NCBI GenBank assembly: GCA_963797565.1
Contig: CAWCPM010000002.1
Coordinates: 321,560-385,559 of the forward strand
DNA from: an uncultured Actinomycetes bacterium
GTDB taxonomy: Bacteria > Actinomycetota > Thermoleophilia > Gaiellales > JAICJC01
Reading direction: 5' to 3'
DNA: 64,000 bases
Position numbers and translations under genes: made by a program. This document shows, piece by piece, positions 1 to 8,962 of this stretch. The notes beneath the pieces are model-generated. The model was not told where the DNA came from. It did not search any database and saw nothing but the letters and a program-made list of their open reading frames with translations. Position 1 is the first letter of the stretch, and each line of letters starts with the position of its first letter.

Positions 1-2017
1 CGTCGCCTACCTGATGGCGGAACAGCGACCGGTCACAGCCCGCGACGTGAAGAACAACGTCGAGGGCTACGCGAACATGGGCGACGAGGCGTTCGCCCGC
101 CGCTACTACGCCGATCGCTCCGAGCTGCAGGGCCTGGGGGTGCCGATCACGTCCGGCCGCGACGAGTTCACCGGCGAGGAGCTGTACAACCTGCGCCAGG
201 AGCACTACTTCCTGCCGCCGATCGACCTCACCGACGCCGAGCTGGCGGCGCTGCAGACCAGCTTCTACCTGCTCGAGGGCCAGTTCGCCTACGCCGAGCC
301 GCTGCGCCTGGCGCTGCAGAACCTGGCGCTGGGCCGCGCGAACACGGCCGATCCCGGCCCCAAGACGGCCACCATCGACCTGCTCGGCAGCGTCTACACG
401 CCCGAGATCTCGCAGCGCCTGGCCAAGCTGGAGCAGGCCATCAGCAAGCAGCGCACGATCCGCTTCACCTACTGGACGGCGCGCAGCAACGCCACCGCCG
501 AGCGCACCATCAACCCCTACGGCCTGTTCGAGCTGCACGGCGTCTGGTACGTGGTCGGCGACGACTGCAGCCAGGAGGGCCCGGAGGCCCGAAAGACGTT
601 CCGCATCTCGCGCATGCGCGGCGAGATCAAGTTCGCAACCCGGCGCGAGCGGGACTTCCGGATCCCCGCCGACTTCAACGTCACGGCATACCGCGATCGC
701 AAGCCGTGGCAGCTGGAGCGCGAGCCGGCCGGCGTCGCACGCCTGGCGGTCTCGGCCGACGACACCTGGCTGGTGAACCGGCTGTACGGCGGTCACGGCG
801 ACCTCGAGGAGCACGAGGACGGCAGCGCCACGCTCACCACCGAGTACTCCAACCTCGAGGCGCTGTCGCAGGCGGTGCTGCTGATGGAGGGCCGCATGCA
901 GCCGCTCGAGCCGGACGAGCTGGTGGCGATGGTGCAGTCCGACCTCGAGCGCGTGGTGGCGCTGCACACCGGCGACCCCAGCCAGCCGGCCAAGCCGTCG
1001 CGCGGCCGCGCCGCCGTCGACGATGCACCCGGCGTGCTCTCCCGCACGCAGGGCCCGGTGGCGCCGGAGCGGTTCGCCCTCCTGCAGGCGCTGCTCGCGT
1101 TCCTGCTCGAGCGCTGCGGCGATGAAGCCTCCGCGACCGTGTCATCGGCCGACATGCGCGACCGCTTCCACCTGTCGCAGCAGGAGCTCCAGGAGCACCT
1201 CGACCTGCTCAACCTGGTCAACTTCGGCGGCGGCTGTTACGCCGTCTACTGCTCCACCCAGAACGGCTCGATTCTGGTCGACAAGGAGCTCTACGGCGAC
1301 ACCTTCCGCCGCCCTGCGCGCCTGTCACCGCTGGAGGCGAAGGCGCTTCTGCGGGCGCTGGACGTGGTCGCGCCGGTGCTGGCAGCCGAGGCCCACAGCT
1401 CGCTGCAGACCGTGCGCGACAAGATCGCCGGCGCGTTCGGGCAGTACACCCTCTCCGACACGCCGGAGCCCCAGGGCGGCGACGAGGAGTCGGCCGTAAC
1501 CACCCTCAACGAGGGCGTCCGCCAGCAGCGCCTGGTGCGGATCGGCTACCACTCGCGCTCGAGCGACGAGTTCTCAACGCGCGTGATCGAGCCGTATCTG
1601 CTGCGGCGTGACCAGCGCGGCTGGTACGTCGAGGCCTTCGACCGCAGCAAGGATGGCCGGCGCACGTTCAAGGTCTCGTACGTGCGCGACGCCGAGCTCC
1701 TGGATGAGAGCTACGAGCCGCGCGAGGAGATGGCCGACCTGCACCCGGAGCTGGGTGGCGAGGTGGGCACCGCCCGCGTGCTGTTCGCGCCGGAACGTGC
1801 CCGCTACGAGCGCGAGGGCCGGCGCGACGTGACGATGTTGACCGACGGATCGGCCCTGGCCGCCGTCAGCTACGGCTCGCTGCGCTGGCTCGTGCCCGAG
1901 ATCCTGAAGCACCGCGGCTACGCGGAGGTGGTCGACCCACCGCACGTGCGCGAGAGCGTGCTGCAGGCAGCGCAGAAGCTCCAGCGGTTGCTCAGCACCG
2001 CTCCGACCCCGGGCTGA
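1..2017 (+). CDS. PafBC-like fused HTH-WYL transcriptional regulator (5' end outside window)
   Basis: ORF 14..2017. The frame stays open back to position 2 (..VAYL before the first Met), so the N-terminal HTH is probably cut by the window edge. Two successive PafB/PafC-like halves with WYL-type cores (..NPYGLFELHGVWYVVG.. and ..IEPYLLRRDQRGWYVEAFD..) sit in one chain. Confidence 0.6.
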   Translation, partial: VAYLMAEQRPVTARDVKNNVEGYANMGDEAFARRYYADRSELQGLGVPITSGRDEFTGEELYNLRQEHYFLPPIDLTDAELAALQTSFYLLEGQFAYAEPLRLALQNLALGRANTADPGPKTATIDLLGSVYTPEISQRLAKLEQAISKQRTIRFTYWTARSNATAERTINPYGLFELHGVWYVVGDDCSQEGPEARKTFRISRMRGEIKFATRRERDFRIPADFNVTAYRDRKPWQLEREPAGVARLAVSADDTWLVNRLYGGHGDLEEHEDGSATLTTEYSNLEALSQAVLLMEGRMQPLEPDELVAMVQSDLERVVALHTGDPSQPAKPSRGRAAVDDAPGVLSRTQGPVAPERFALLQALLAFLLERCGDEASATVSSADMRDRFHLSQQELQEHLDLLNLVNFGGGCYAVYCSTQNGSILVDKELYGDTFRRPARLSPLEAKALLRALDVVAPVLAAEAHSSLQTVRDKIAGAFGQYTLSDTPEPQGGDEESAVTTLNEGVRQQRLVRIGYHSRSSDEFSTRVIEPYLLRRDQRGWYVEAFDRSKDGRRTFKVSYVRDAELLDESYEPREEMADLHPELGGEVGTARVLFAPERARYEREGRRDVTMLTDGSALAAVSYGSLRWLVPEILKHRGYAEVVDPPHVRESVLQAAQKLQRLLSTAPTPG

Positions 2018-2981
2018 CCTCGAGGTTGTGCAGCGCCGCCCGCGCGTTGCGCTGCAGGTGGCGGCCGTCGTTGTCGGGGATGTAGAGCCGCCGGTACCGA
2101 TCCGCCAGGCGCTCGGGGGACTCCGCCAGCCACTCGGCCAGCGGCGGGAACACGTCGTCCACGGGATCGGCCGGCAGCGACTCGGCGCGGCGCTCGGCAC
2201 CCCGGTTCCAGGGGCACACGTCCTGGCAGATGTCGCAGCCGTAGACCCGGTCCTCGAACGCCTCGGCGAACGGCAGCTGCGGCAGCCGCGACTGGGACAG
2301 ATACGACAGGCAGCTGCGCGCATCCAGCACGCCGGCCTCGACGATGGCGTCGGTCGGGCAGGCATCGATGCAGGCGCGGCACTCCCCGCAGGCGTCCCAT
2401 GCCGGCTGCTCCGGCGCGGCGCTGGTCGGCTCCAGCTCGAGGTCGGTGATCAGCACGCCCAGCACCACCCACGAGCCGTGACGGCGGGTGATGGCAAGCG
2501 TGTTCTTGCCGTAGACGGCGATGCCGGCGCGCACGGCGGCCTCGCGGTCGACGTGCCCGTTGCTGTCGACGTGCACGACGAAGCGGCCGCCCGGCGTCTG
2601 CTCCTGCATCCACCGGCCCAGCTCTCGCAGGCGATCGCGCAGCAACGAGTACTCGTCGCGCCGGGCGTAGCGGGGCATGCGGCCGCGCGGGCGGTCGTCC
2701 GGCTTCGGCGGCTCCGGCCGGGCGTAGCTGTGCGCCGCCACCACCACCGAGCGCGCATTGCGAAGCGCCGACTCGGGGTGGCACGAGATGTCGGGCCGGC
2801 GCATGGTGAAACCCATGTCGGCGAAGTAGCCGCGTGCCGAGCGCTCCTCGATCGCCCGCTCGGTGCCGGTGTACGGCTCGGCCCGGCAGACGCCGCAGGC
2901 ATCGATGCCGGATGCCAGCGCTCGTTCGACCAGCGCTCGGGTAAGCTCGGCCGTGTTCACGGGGCTCAGGGTAGCCCGCAA
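1992..2981 (-). CDS. queG: tRNA epoxyqueuosine(34) reductase
   Basis: 329-aa ORF with two 4Fe-4S ferredoxin motifs (CGECRACIDACPTDAI, CDICQDVCPWN) in the QueG arrangement. Confidence 0.8.
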   Translation of the reverse strand: MRATLSPVNTAELTRALVERALASGIDACGVCRAEPYTGTERAIEERSARGYFADMGFTMRRPDISCHPESALRNARSVVVAAHSYARPEPPKPDDRPRGRMPRYARRDEYSLLRDRLRELGRWMQEQTPGGRFVVHVDSNGHVDREAAVRAGIAVYGKNTLAITRRHGSWVVLGVLITDLELEPTSAAPEQPAWDACGECRACIDACPTDAIVEAGVLDARSCLSYLSQSRLPQLPFAEAFEDRVYGCDICQDVCPWNRGAERRAESLPADPVDDVFPPLAEWLAESPERLADRYRRLYIPDNDGRHLQRNARAALHNLEVSPGSERC

Positions 2982-3000
2982 CCTCTACAAGGATCCTTCC

Positions 3001-3585
3001 ATGCAGTCACGTTCCGTCGCCGTTCCCCGCACCGATGTGCTCGTCAGCACGGTGGCGGTCGTCTCCGTGGCGCTGCTGACGGCGCTGGCGGCCCAGATCT
3101 CGATCACCCTGCCGGGCACTCCCGTGCCCCAGACGCTGCAGACGATGGCGGTGCTGGGAGGATCGGCCTACCTCGGCAGCCGCCGCGGCCTGGCCGCGAT
3201 GCTGCTGTACGTCGGGATGGGCCTGTTCCTGCCGTTCTACGCGGGTGGAGAGCAGGGCTGGAGCCAGGCCACCGGAGCCTCGGGCGGGTACCTCGTCGGC
3301 TTCATCGCGGCCGGATACGTGGTCGGCAGGATGCGAGAGAGGAACGGTTCCCGCTGGATGGCGACCGTGCCGGCGATGCTGCTGGGGAGCGTGGTGCTGT
3401 ACGTGCCCGGCCTGCTCTGGCTGAAGCACTCGGTGCCGTTCGACTGGGGATGGACGATCCACTACGGGCTGACGGTGTTCATCGTCGGTGACCTGCTGAA
3501 GATCGCCGCCGACGCCGCCATCCTCGAACCGCGCGCCCCGTGGGGCAAGCTGTTCGACCGCATCCGGTTCCCCGACCGCTCCTAG
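3001..3585 (+). CDS. bioY: biotin transporter S component BioY
   Basis: Internal ATG at 3001 of ORF 2863..3585. Hydrophobic about 190 aa with BioY-like ..ISITLPGTPVPQTLQTMAVLL..GGYLVGF.. motifs. Confidence 0.75.
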   Translation: MQSRSVAVPRTDVLVSTVAVVSVALLTALAAQISITLPGTPVPQTLQTMAVLGGSAYLGSRRGLAAMLLYVGMGLFLPFYAGGEQGWSQATGASGGYLVGFIAAGYVVGRMRERNGSRWMATVPAMLLGSVVLYVPGLLWLKHSVPFDWGWTIHYGLTVFIVGDLLKIAADAAILEPRAPWGKLFDRIRFPDRS

Positions 3586-4020
3586 TCAACTTCCGCTGGG
3601 CGCGATCGACTGCGCCAGCGGCACCATGCAGTCCCGGCAGATCCTGAGCGTCACCGGCGCTGTGCCGGACGCCGGCAGCGCCACCCAGCGCCCGGTCGTG
3701 CCGGTGACCAGGAAGTAGCGTCGTGGGCGCAGCCCCGACAGCGCGAACCGGCCGTCGGCGTCGGTGGTCGCGGTCGCAACCGGGAGCGGTGGATCGGCCA
3801 TCACCGGGCCCAGCGGGAAGGCCCTCGTGAAGGCCCGCACCTGGACGTGGGGCAGCGGCGCGGTCTGGTGAGGGCTGCCGGAACGGAACGTGACGACGCG
3901 GCCGGAGATGGTCGACGGCGGCCCCGGCTGCGTGCCCGATCCCGATCCGGCCGCCTGACCGCAGCCGGCCGTCGCGAGCGCCGCGATCACGAGCATCGGT
4001 GCGAGTGGTTGAAGTCGCAT
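3586..4020 (-). CDS. small lipoprotein, family not recognised
   Basis: Signal peptide plus lipobox (..ALATAGC), a Gly/Pro linker, then a beta-rich about 100 aa. Confidence 0.45.
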   Translation of the reverse strand: MRLQPLAPMLVIAALATAGCGQAAGSGSGTQPGPPSTISGRVVTFRSGSPHQTAPLPHVQVRAFTRAFPLGPVMADPPLPVATATTDADGRFALSGLRPRRYFLVTGTTGRWVALPASGTAPVTLRICRDCMVPLAQSIAPSGS

Positions 4021-4074
4021 GTGTCCTCTCAGACGCGCGCCGCGGTAATCCGGTTCCTGAGCAGCACCTCTCGA

Positions 4075-5070
4075 TCATCCCACGTGGATCAGAACGACCG
4101 CGAAGGCGATGTACGACGCGATCACCAGCACCGCCTCGGGGCGGCGCATCCCACGCCGGCGCAGCAGCATCGCCACCACCGCCATCGTCATCGCCAGCGC
4201 CCATACCGCCGAGAGGCGGCCCGCGGCCGAGCCGGCCACGCCTCCCAGCAGCGCGGCCGGCAGCAGCAGGCCGGCAACGATGTTCATGCTGTTCGAGTTG
4301 AACGCCTCGCTGACCACGGCCGAGCTGCGGTGGTGCCGCGCCAGGCGGATCGCGGCCACGGCGTTGGGGATGCTGGTCAGGCCGGCCAGCACCAGCGTTC
4401 CCATCACGGCCCCCGATATCGAGAAGTGATGGCCGATCTCGACAGCCGCGTGCACCATGCCCACGCTGGCGCCGATCACCAGGGCGACGGCCGGCACCAC
4501 CACCAGCAGGTCGCCCCGCGTCGCCGGCCGTTCGTGATGGTCAGAACGGGCCGCGCGCTGCTCCTCTGCGACGGCACGCGCGATCCGGCGTCGCAGCCCG
4601 GTCACGCGCTCGCCGTGGGTGATGTCGGCCGGCCGCTGGGCGGCCAGCCACACGTAGGGCACCAGCACGCAGGCGCACAGGACGAGCGCCGGGATGGGAT
4701 CGATCCAGCCGGCCGCGACCGGCACCGCGACGGCCGCCACCGCGATGGCGGTTGCTCCCTCCAGCACCGCCGCTCGGCGGCCGAGGTGGACGCGCCCGGC
4801 GACCAGCGCGCCAAGGCCCAGCAGCGCGGCCAGATTGACCACGTTTGAGCCCAGCACCACGCCCACGCCGATGTCATCGTGCTTGCTCAGCACGGCCGCC
4901 GCGGCGGTTGAGATCTCCGGCGCGTCCGCGCCCAGCGCGGTCAGCATGCCGATCACGGCGTCGGTCAGTCCCAGCCGCACCCCGATCCGGTCGAGCGCGC
5001 GCGCGAGCACGAAGCTGGAGCCGAGGCTGGCGGCCAGACAGACGAGAAAGAGGGAGGCGGCGAGTGGCAT
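4075..5070 (-). CDS. Na+/Ca2+ exchanger (CaCA/YrbG) family membrane protein
   Basis: Polytopic ORF with duplicated alpha-repeat-like motifs (GADAPEISTA.., GSNVVNLAALLG; second copy ..LTSIPNAV..). Confidence 0.7.
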   Translation of the reverse strand: MPLAASLFLVCLAASLGSSFVLARALDRIGVRLGLTDAVIGMLTALGADAPEISTAAAAVLSKHDDIGVGVVLGSNVVNLAALLGLGALVAGRVHLGRRAAVLEGATAIAVAAVAVPVAAGWIDPIPALVLCACVLVPYVWLAAQRPADITHGERVTGLRRRIARAVAEEQRAARSDHHERPATRGDLLVVVPAVALVIGASVGMVHAAVEIGHHFSISGAVMGTLVLAGLTSIPNAVAAIRLARHHRSSAVVSEAFNSNSMNIVAGLLLPAALLGGVAGSAAGRLSAVWALAMTMAVVAMLLRRRGMRRPEAVLVIASYIAFAVVLIHVG

Positions 5071-5173
5071 GGCGAGATGTCGCCGACCCGTCTTCCCGGC
5101 ACACCGCCGACCACACTACACGGGACGTGGACCACCCGTGAGACCGCCTACCCGTAGACTCGGGTTCACCGTG

Positions 5174-5854
5174 ATGGAGCCGCTCGAAAGACTGCTCGAG
5201 GAGGCGCACGACGGCAGGATCCAGGTTCCCGCGTTTCAGCGTGAGCTGATCCTGAAGGACGAGTGGATGAAGAGCCTGCTCGCCAGCGTCTCGCTCGCCT
5301 ATCCGATCGGAGCGGTGACGCTCCTGGAGGCAGGTAGCCGCGAGATGCGGTTCGAGACCATCCCTATCGCAGACCCTCCGTCGTCATCCCGCGAGCCTGA
5401 GCGGCTGCTGATCGACGGTCGGCGGCGCATCACCGGCCTCTACCAGGCACTTGCGTCCGGTCGTCCCGTGCAGATCCGAGACGGCGCCAACGAGCCCGCG
5501 CAACGCGGGTACTACATCGACATCGCCGCTGCGCTCGATCCCGCTGTAGATCGCGACGAGGCGATCATCTCAGTACCCGACCCCAGTGGCGCCGAGTCAG
5601 AGTGGGAGCAATCCCTGTTCCCGCTGCGCCTGGTATTCGGTGCGAAGGCGGAGCGAGGGCGTTGGCTGAAGAGACTCGCCAGCCACTCCGCTGAGCGAAG
5701 CGGCCGGTTCGAGACGGAGGTCCTGGCGGCGTTCGACGGGTACCAGGTGCCGACCATCGTCCTGGACAAGGAGACGACCAGATGGTCGGTGAGGGTGCAC
5801 GGAGGCGCCGAGGGGCGAAGTCTCTCTGACTGGTTTCGCGACGCTGCGATCTAG
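5174..5854 (+). CDS. stand-alone DUF262 (ParB-like nuclease superfamily) protein
   Basis: In-frame ATG at 5174 of ORF 4694..5854. Motifs IQVPAFQRELILKDEW..SV.LAYPIG and DGRRRITGLYQAL resemble the DUF262 FQR / DGQQR signatures. No DUF1524/HNH half is present. Confidence 0.5.
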   Translation: MEPLERLLEEAHDGRIQVPAFQRELILKDEWMKSLLASVSLAYPIGAVTLLEAGSREMRFETIPIADPPSSSREPERLLIDGRRRITGLYQALASGRPVQIRDGANEPAQRGYYIDIAAALDPAVDRDEAIISVPDPSGAESEWEQSLFPLRLVFGAKAERGRWLKRLASHSAERSGRFETEVLAAFDGYQVPTIVLDKETTRWSVRVHGGAEGRSLSDWFRDAAI

Positions 5855-6153
5855 AAGCCGAGCACGAACTTCGCGTCGTCCGACATCATCTCGGGCGACC
5901 ACGGCGGCGTCCAGGTCAGGTCGGTGACGACCTCGCCCACGCCCTCCATCGAAGAGACCACGTCGCGCATCTGCTCCTGGATCATCGCCCCGGCCGGGCA
6001 GCCCATCGACGTCAGCGAATAGGTGACGGTGACCTTGTTCTCGTCCTCCACCCGCACGTCGTAGACCAGGCCGAGGTCGACCACGTCCATCCCCAGCTCC
6101 GGGTCCTCGACCACCCGCAGCGCGTCGAACACCTGCTCCTCGGTGATGCTCAT
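5851..6153 (-). CDS. DUF59 / SufT-like Fe-S assembly protein
   Basis: MSITEEQVFDALRVVEDPELGMDVVDLGLVY..TSMGCPAG.. is typical DUF59. The ATG at 6153 overlaps the upstream stop (6150-6152). Confidence 0.75.
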   Translation of the reverse strand: MSITEEQVFDALRVVEDPELGMDVVDLGLVYDVRVEDENKVTVTYSLTSMGCPAGAMIQEQMRDVVSSMEGVGEVVTDLTWTPPWSPEMMSDDAKFVLGF

Positions 6154-6977
6154 GCCTGCATCGTAGCGTTCGCGTCCCACAGCGCGGCGAACGCCGACTC
6201 GTGCCCCGTCGCCGCCGTCTCGCCCAGCAGCGCCTTCGTCGCGGACACCGCCTCGCGTCCCGCCCGTGCCACCTTCCCGGCCATGCTCTCGGCCCGCCCC
6301 TGCAGCTTCTCGCGCGGCAGCACCGCGTCCACCAGCCCGGTCGTCCGCGCCTCGTCCGCCGACAGCAGGTCACACGTCGCAAACAGCCGTAGCGCCACCC
6401 CCGCACCCAGCAGCCGCGACAGCCGCTGCGCCCCACCCCACGGAGGGCAGTAGCCGAGCTCGTTGTGGATGAAGCGCAGCTTCGCGCCCTGTGCCGCGAT
6501 CCGCCAGTCGCACGCCAGCGCCAGGTCGATCCCGCCGCCCACCGCGTGCCCGTTCATCAGCGCCACGGTCGGAACGCCCGCCGCCGCGATCCGGTCACAC
6601 GCGCGGCTGCCGCGCTCCGTGACCTCCTTGCCGGGAAGCTCGCGCACCCGCTCGAGATCCGCCCCCGAGCAGAAGATGCGGCTGCCGGAGCCGGTGATCG
6701 CGATCATCCGCACCGACTCGTCGGCCGCCAGCCGCTCCACCTCGTCGGCCAGCTGCTCCAGCGTCTCCAGCGCCAGCGCGTTCTCGCCGCCCTGGCCGCG
6801 CAGCATCAGCACCGCCAGCCCGTCCCGCACCGCCGCCGTCTCGACCACCGTCGGCCCCGGCGGAGGCAGATCGCCGACCGCCTCCAACAGCTCCGCCTTC
6901 GACAACAGCCTGTAGCCGTCGATCCCGCGCTCGCGTGCCAGCTCGTGCAGCTCGAACAGCTGTGGCTCGGCCGTCAC
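6150..6977 (-). CDS. enoyl-CoA hydratase/isomerase (crotonase) family protein with Rho_N-like N-terminus
   Basis: Crotonase-fold motifs (..ITGSGSRIFCSGADL.., ..ALMNGHAVGGGIDLALACD..). N-terminal ..LHELARERGIDGYRLLSKAELLEAV.. resembles a Rho N-terminal/SAP-like helix pair. Confidence 0.7.
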   Translation of the reverse strand: MTAEPQLFELHELARERGIDGYRLLSKAELLEAVGDLPPPGPTVVETAAVRDGLAVLMLRGQGGENALALETLEQLADEVERLAADESVRMIAITGSGSRIFCSGADLERVRELPGKEVTERGSRACDRIAAAGVPTVALMNGHAVGGGIDLALACDWRIAAQGAKLRFIHNELGYCPPWGGAQRLSRLLGAGVALRLFATCDLLSADEARTTGLVDAVLPREKLQGRAESMAGKVARAGREAVSATKALLGETAATGHESAFAALWDANATMQA

Positions 6978-7987
6978 AGGCGAATCTCCTCATGTCGGGT
7001 CTTCGAGAACAGATGGATCGAATCGATGAAGCGGACGCGGTTGCAGCGCGAGCACAGCACGATCGACTGCGTGCGGGCGCCCTCCGCGAAGTAGCGCACG
7101 CCGCGCAGCAGGTCGCCGTTCGAGATGCCGGTGCCGACCACCATCTGGTGGCCCCTGACCAGGTCGTCGATGCCGAAGATCTGGTTGATGTCGTCGATGC
7201 CGTACTCGCCGGCCTGCCGGATCTCGGTGCGGCTCATCGGCCACAGCTGGCCCTGGATCTCGCCGCCCAGGCAGTGCAGCGCCGCCGCCGAGATGATGCC
7301 CTCGAACGAGCCGCCGATGCCCACCGCCAGGTGGTCGTTGGTGCCGCGGATGGCGGCATCGATCGTGGCCGTGATGTCGCCGTCGGCGATCACCTTGATG
7401 CGCGCGCCGGCCTCGCGGATCTCGGCGATCAGGTCGTCGTGCCGGGGCCGGTCGAGCACCACCGCGGTGATGTCCCCCACCTGGCGACCGAACGCCTCGG
7501 CGATCGCCTGCAGGTTCTCCGTCACGCCCTGGCGCAGGTCGATCCGGCCCTTCGCGACCGGGCCGACGGCCATCTTCTTCATGTACATCCGCGGCACCCG
7601 CGTGATGCCGCCCGGCTCGCAGGCGGCCAGGATCGAGAGCGCGCCCACCCCGCCTCGCCCGACCACCGCAGCACCTTCGACCGGGTCGCAGGCCAGCTCC
7701 AGCTCCATGCCGCCGCCGCCCATGGTCGCGCCCGGCGCCAGCGGGTGGCCCTGCTCGCTGCGGCCGATCACGACCGTGCCGCTGACGGGCAGCGCGTCGA
7801 TCGCACGCACCATCGCCTCGCAGGCGGCCGTGTCCGCGCCGCGCGGGTCACCCCGACCCAGATAGCGGCCCGCCGCCAGGGCGCTGCGCTCGCTGACCGA
7901 CGCCAGGTCGGTGCAGGGGCAGCGCTCGTCCGACAGCTTCGGCTCCGGCCGCGGCTGCTGCTTGGGGCTACGAGCCTTGGTGGCCAT
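6974..7987 (-). CDS. glpX: class II fructose-1,6-bisphosphatase
   Basis: 337-aa ORF with GlpX-like sequence over its whole length (..ACEAMVRAID.., ..VLDRPRHDDLIAEIREAGARIK..DGD..). Confidence 0.85.
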   Translation of the reverse strand: MATKARSPKQQPRPEPKLSDERCPCTDLASVSERSALAAGRYLGRGDPRGADTAACEAMVRAIDALPVSGTVVIGRSEQGHPLAPGATMGGGGMELELACDPVEGAAVVGRGGVGALSILAACEPGGITRVPRMYMKKMAVGPVAKGRIDLRQGVTENLQAIAEAFGRQVGDITAVVLDRPRHDDLIAEIREAGARIKVIADGDITATIDAAIRGTNDHLAVGIGGSFEGIISAAALHCLGGEIQGQLWPMSRTEIRQAGEYGIDDINQIFGIDDLVRGHQMVVGTGISNGDLLRGVRYFAEGARTQSIVLCSRCNRVRFIDSIHLFSKTRHEEIRL

Positions 7988-8017
7988 GGCCGGCGGTGAC
8001 TCGGTTGCTCATCAGGG

Positions 8018-8962
8018 TCAGGGTACAGCGCCGGGGGCGGCGGTGGCGCGTTCCAGGATCAGGTCGAGCACCGATCGCAGCGCCTCCTCGCCGTCGGTGC
8101 CGTCCACGATCGGCACGTCCATGCGCTCCGCCCGGCCCACCAGGTAGTCCTGGATGCGGCGGATCTCCCCGAAGCTGCGCAGGTAGCGATCCAGCGCGCG
8201 GACGCCGCCGGTGCTGAAGTCGCGGGCCACGAAGTGCGCCTGGTGCGCCTCCTCGTCCTGGATGGTCAGCAGCACCTGCACGACGGTCGCCGCGCGGTGC
8301 TCCGGCACCTCGACCAGCCCCGGCACCAGATGCACGCCCTCGAGCACCGTCGAAAGCCCCTCCAGCACCGCCCGCTCGACCACCGCCGCCGCACCGACCG
8401 CCACCTGCTCGGCCTGCTGGATGAAGCCGTAGAGCGCGCGATCGTCCTGCTCGGGATCGGGCATCGGCATCTTCAGGCCGGCGCCCGCCTCGAACGAGCT
8501 GTAGTGCAGCGCCGGCATCAGGCCGGGCGCGAAGAAGGCGCGCATCACCTGACGCACGACATCCGTGGAGGTGATCCGGCTGATGCCCAGCCGGTAGGCC
8601 AGCTCCGTCGCCAGCGAGCTCTTGCCGGTGCCGGTGGCACCGCCCAGCATCAGCACCAGCGGCCGCTCCCGCCGCAGCACCTTCTGCCAGGCTCGGTAGC
8701 GCTCGACCGCCGCCGGGCCGTCGGCCCGGCGCAGCACGTCCTCGACGATCGAGTGCAGCTCGCTGAGCGCGATCTCCTCGCTGCCCACCTCCTGCACGGC
8801 ACGCTCGATGTCGAGCGCCAGCTCGTAGGCGTGCTCGGCCTCCACGCCGGACAGGAACAGGTTGGTGGCCATGCGGCCCTTCGAGAACGGCAGCGGGTGG
8901 CCGGTGCCGCGAATGCGGGGCTCGCGCTGGTCAGGCACGCAGCGCCACCGCCTCGCTTGCAA
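8018..8962 (-). CDS. 2-phosphoglycerate kinase-like P-loop kinase
   Basis: N-terminal ATP-cone-like segment (PFSKGRMATNLFLSGVEAEHAYELALDIE..) followed by a Walker A (LGGATGTGKSSLATELA). Matches my memory of the archaeal 2PGK family (COG2074). The start codon is uncertain. Confidence 0.6.
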   Translation of the reverse strand: MQARRWRCVPDQREPRIRGTGHPLPFSKGRMATNLFLSGVEAEHAYELALDIERAVQEVGSEEIALSELHSIVEDVLRRADGPAAVERYRAWQKVLRRERPLVLMLGGATGTGKSSLATELAYRLGISRITSTDVVRQVMRAFFAPGLMPALHYSSFEAGAGLKMPMPDPEQDDRALYGFIQQAEQVAVGAAAVVERAVLEGLSTVLEGVHLVPGLVEVPEHRAATVVQVLLTIQDEEAHQAHFVARDFSTGGVRALDRYLRSFGEIRRIQDYLVGRAERMDVPIVDGTDGEEALRSVLDLILERATAAPGAVP

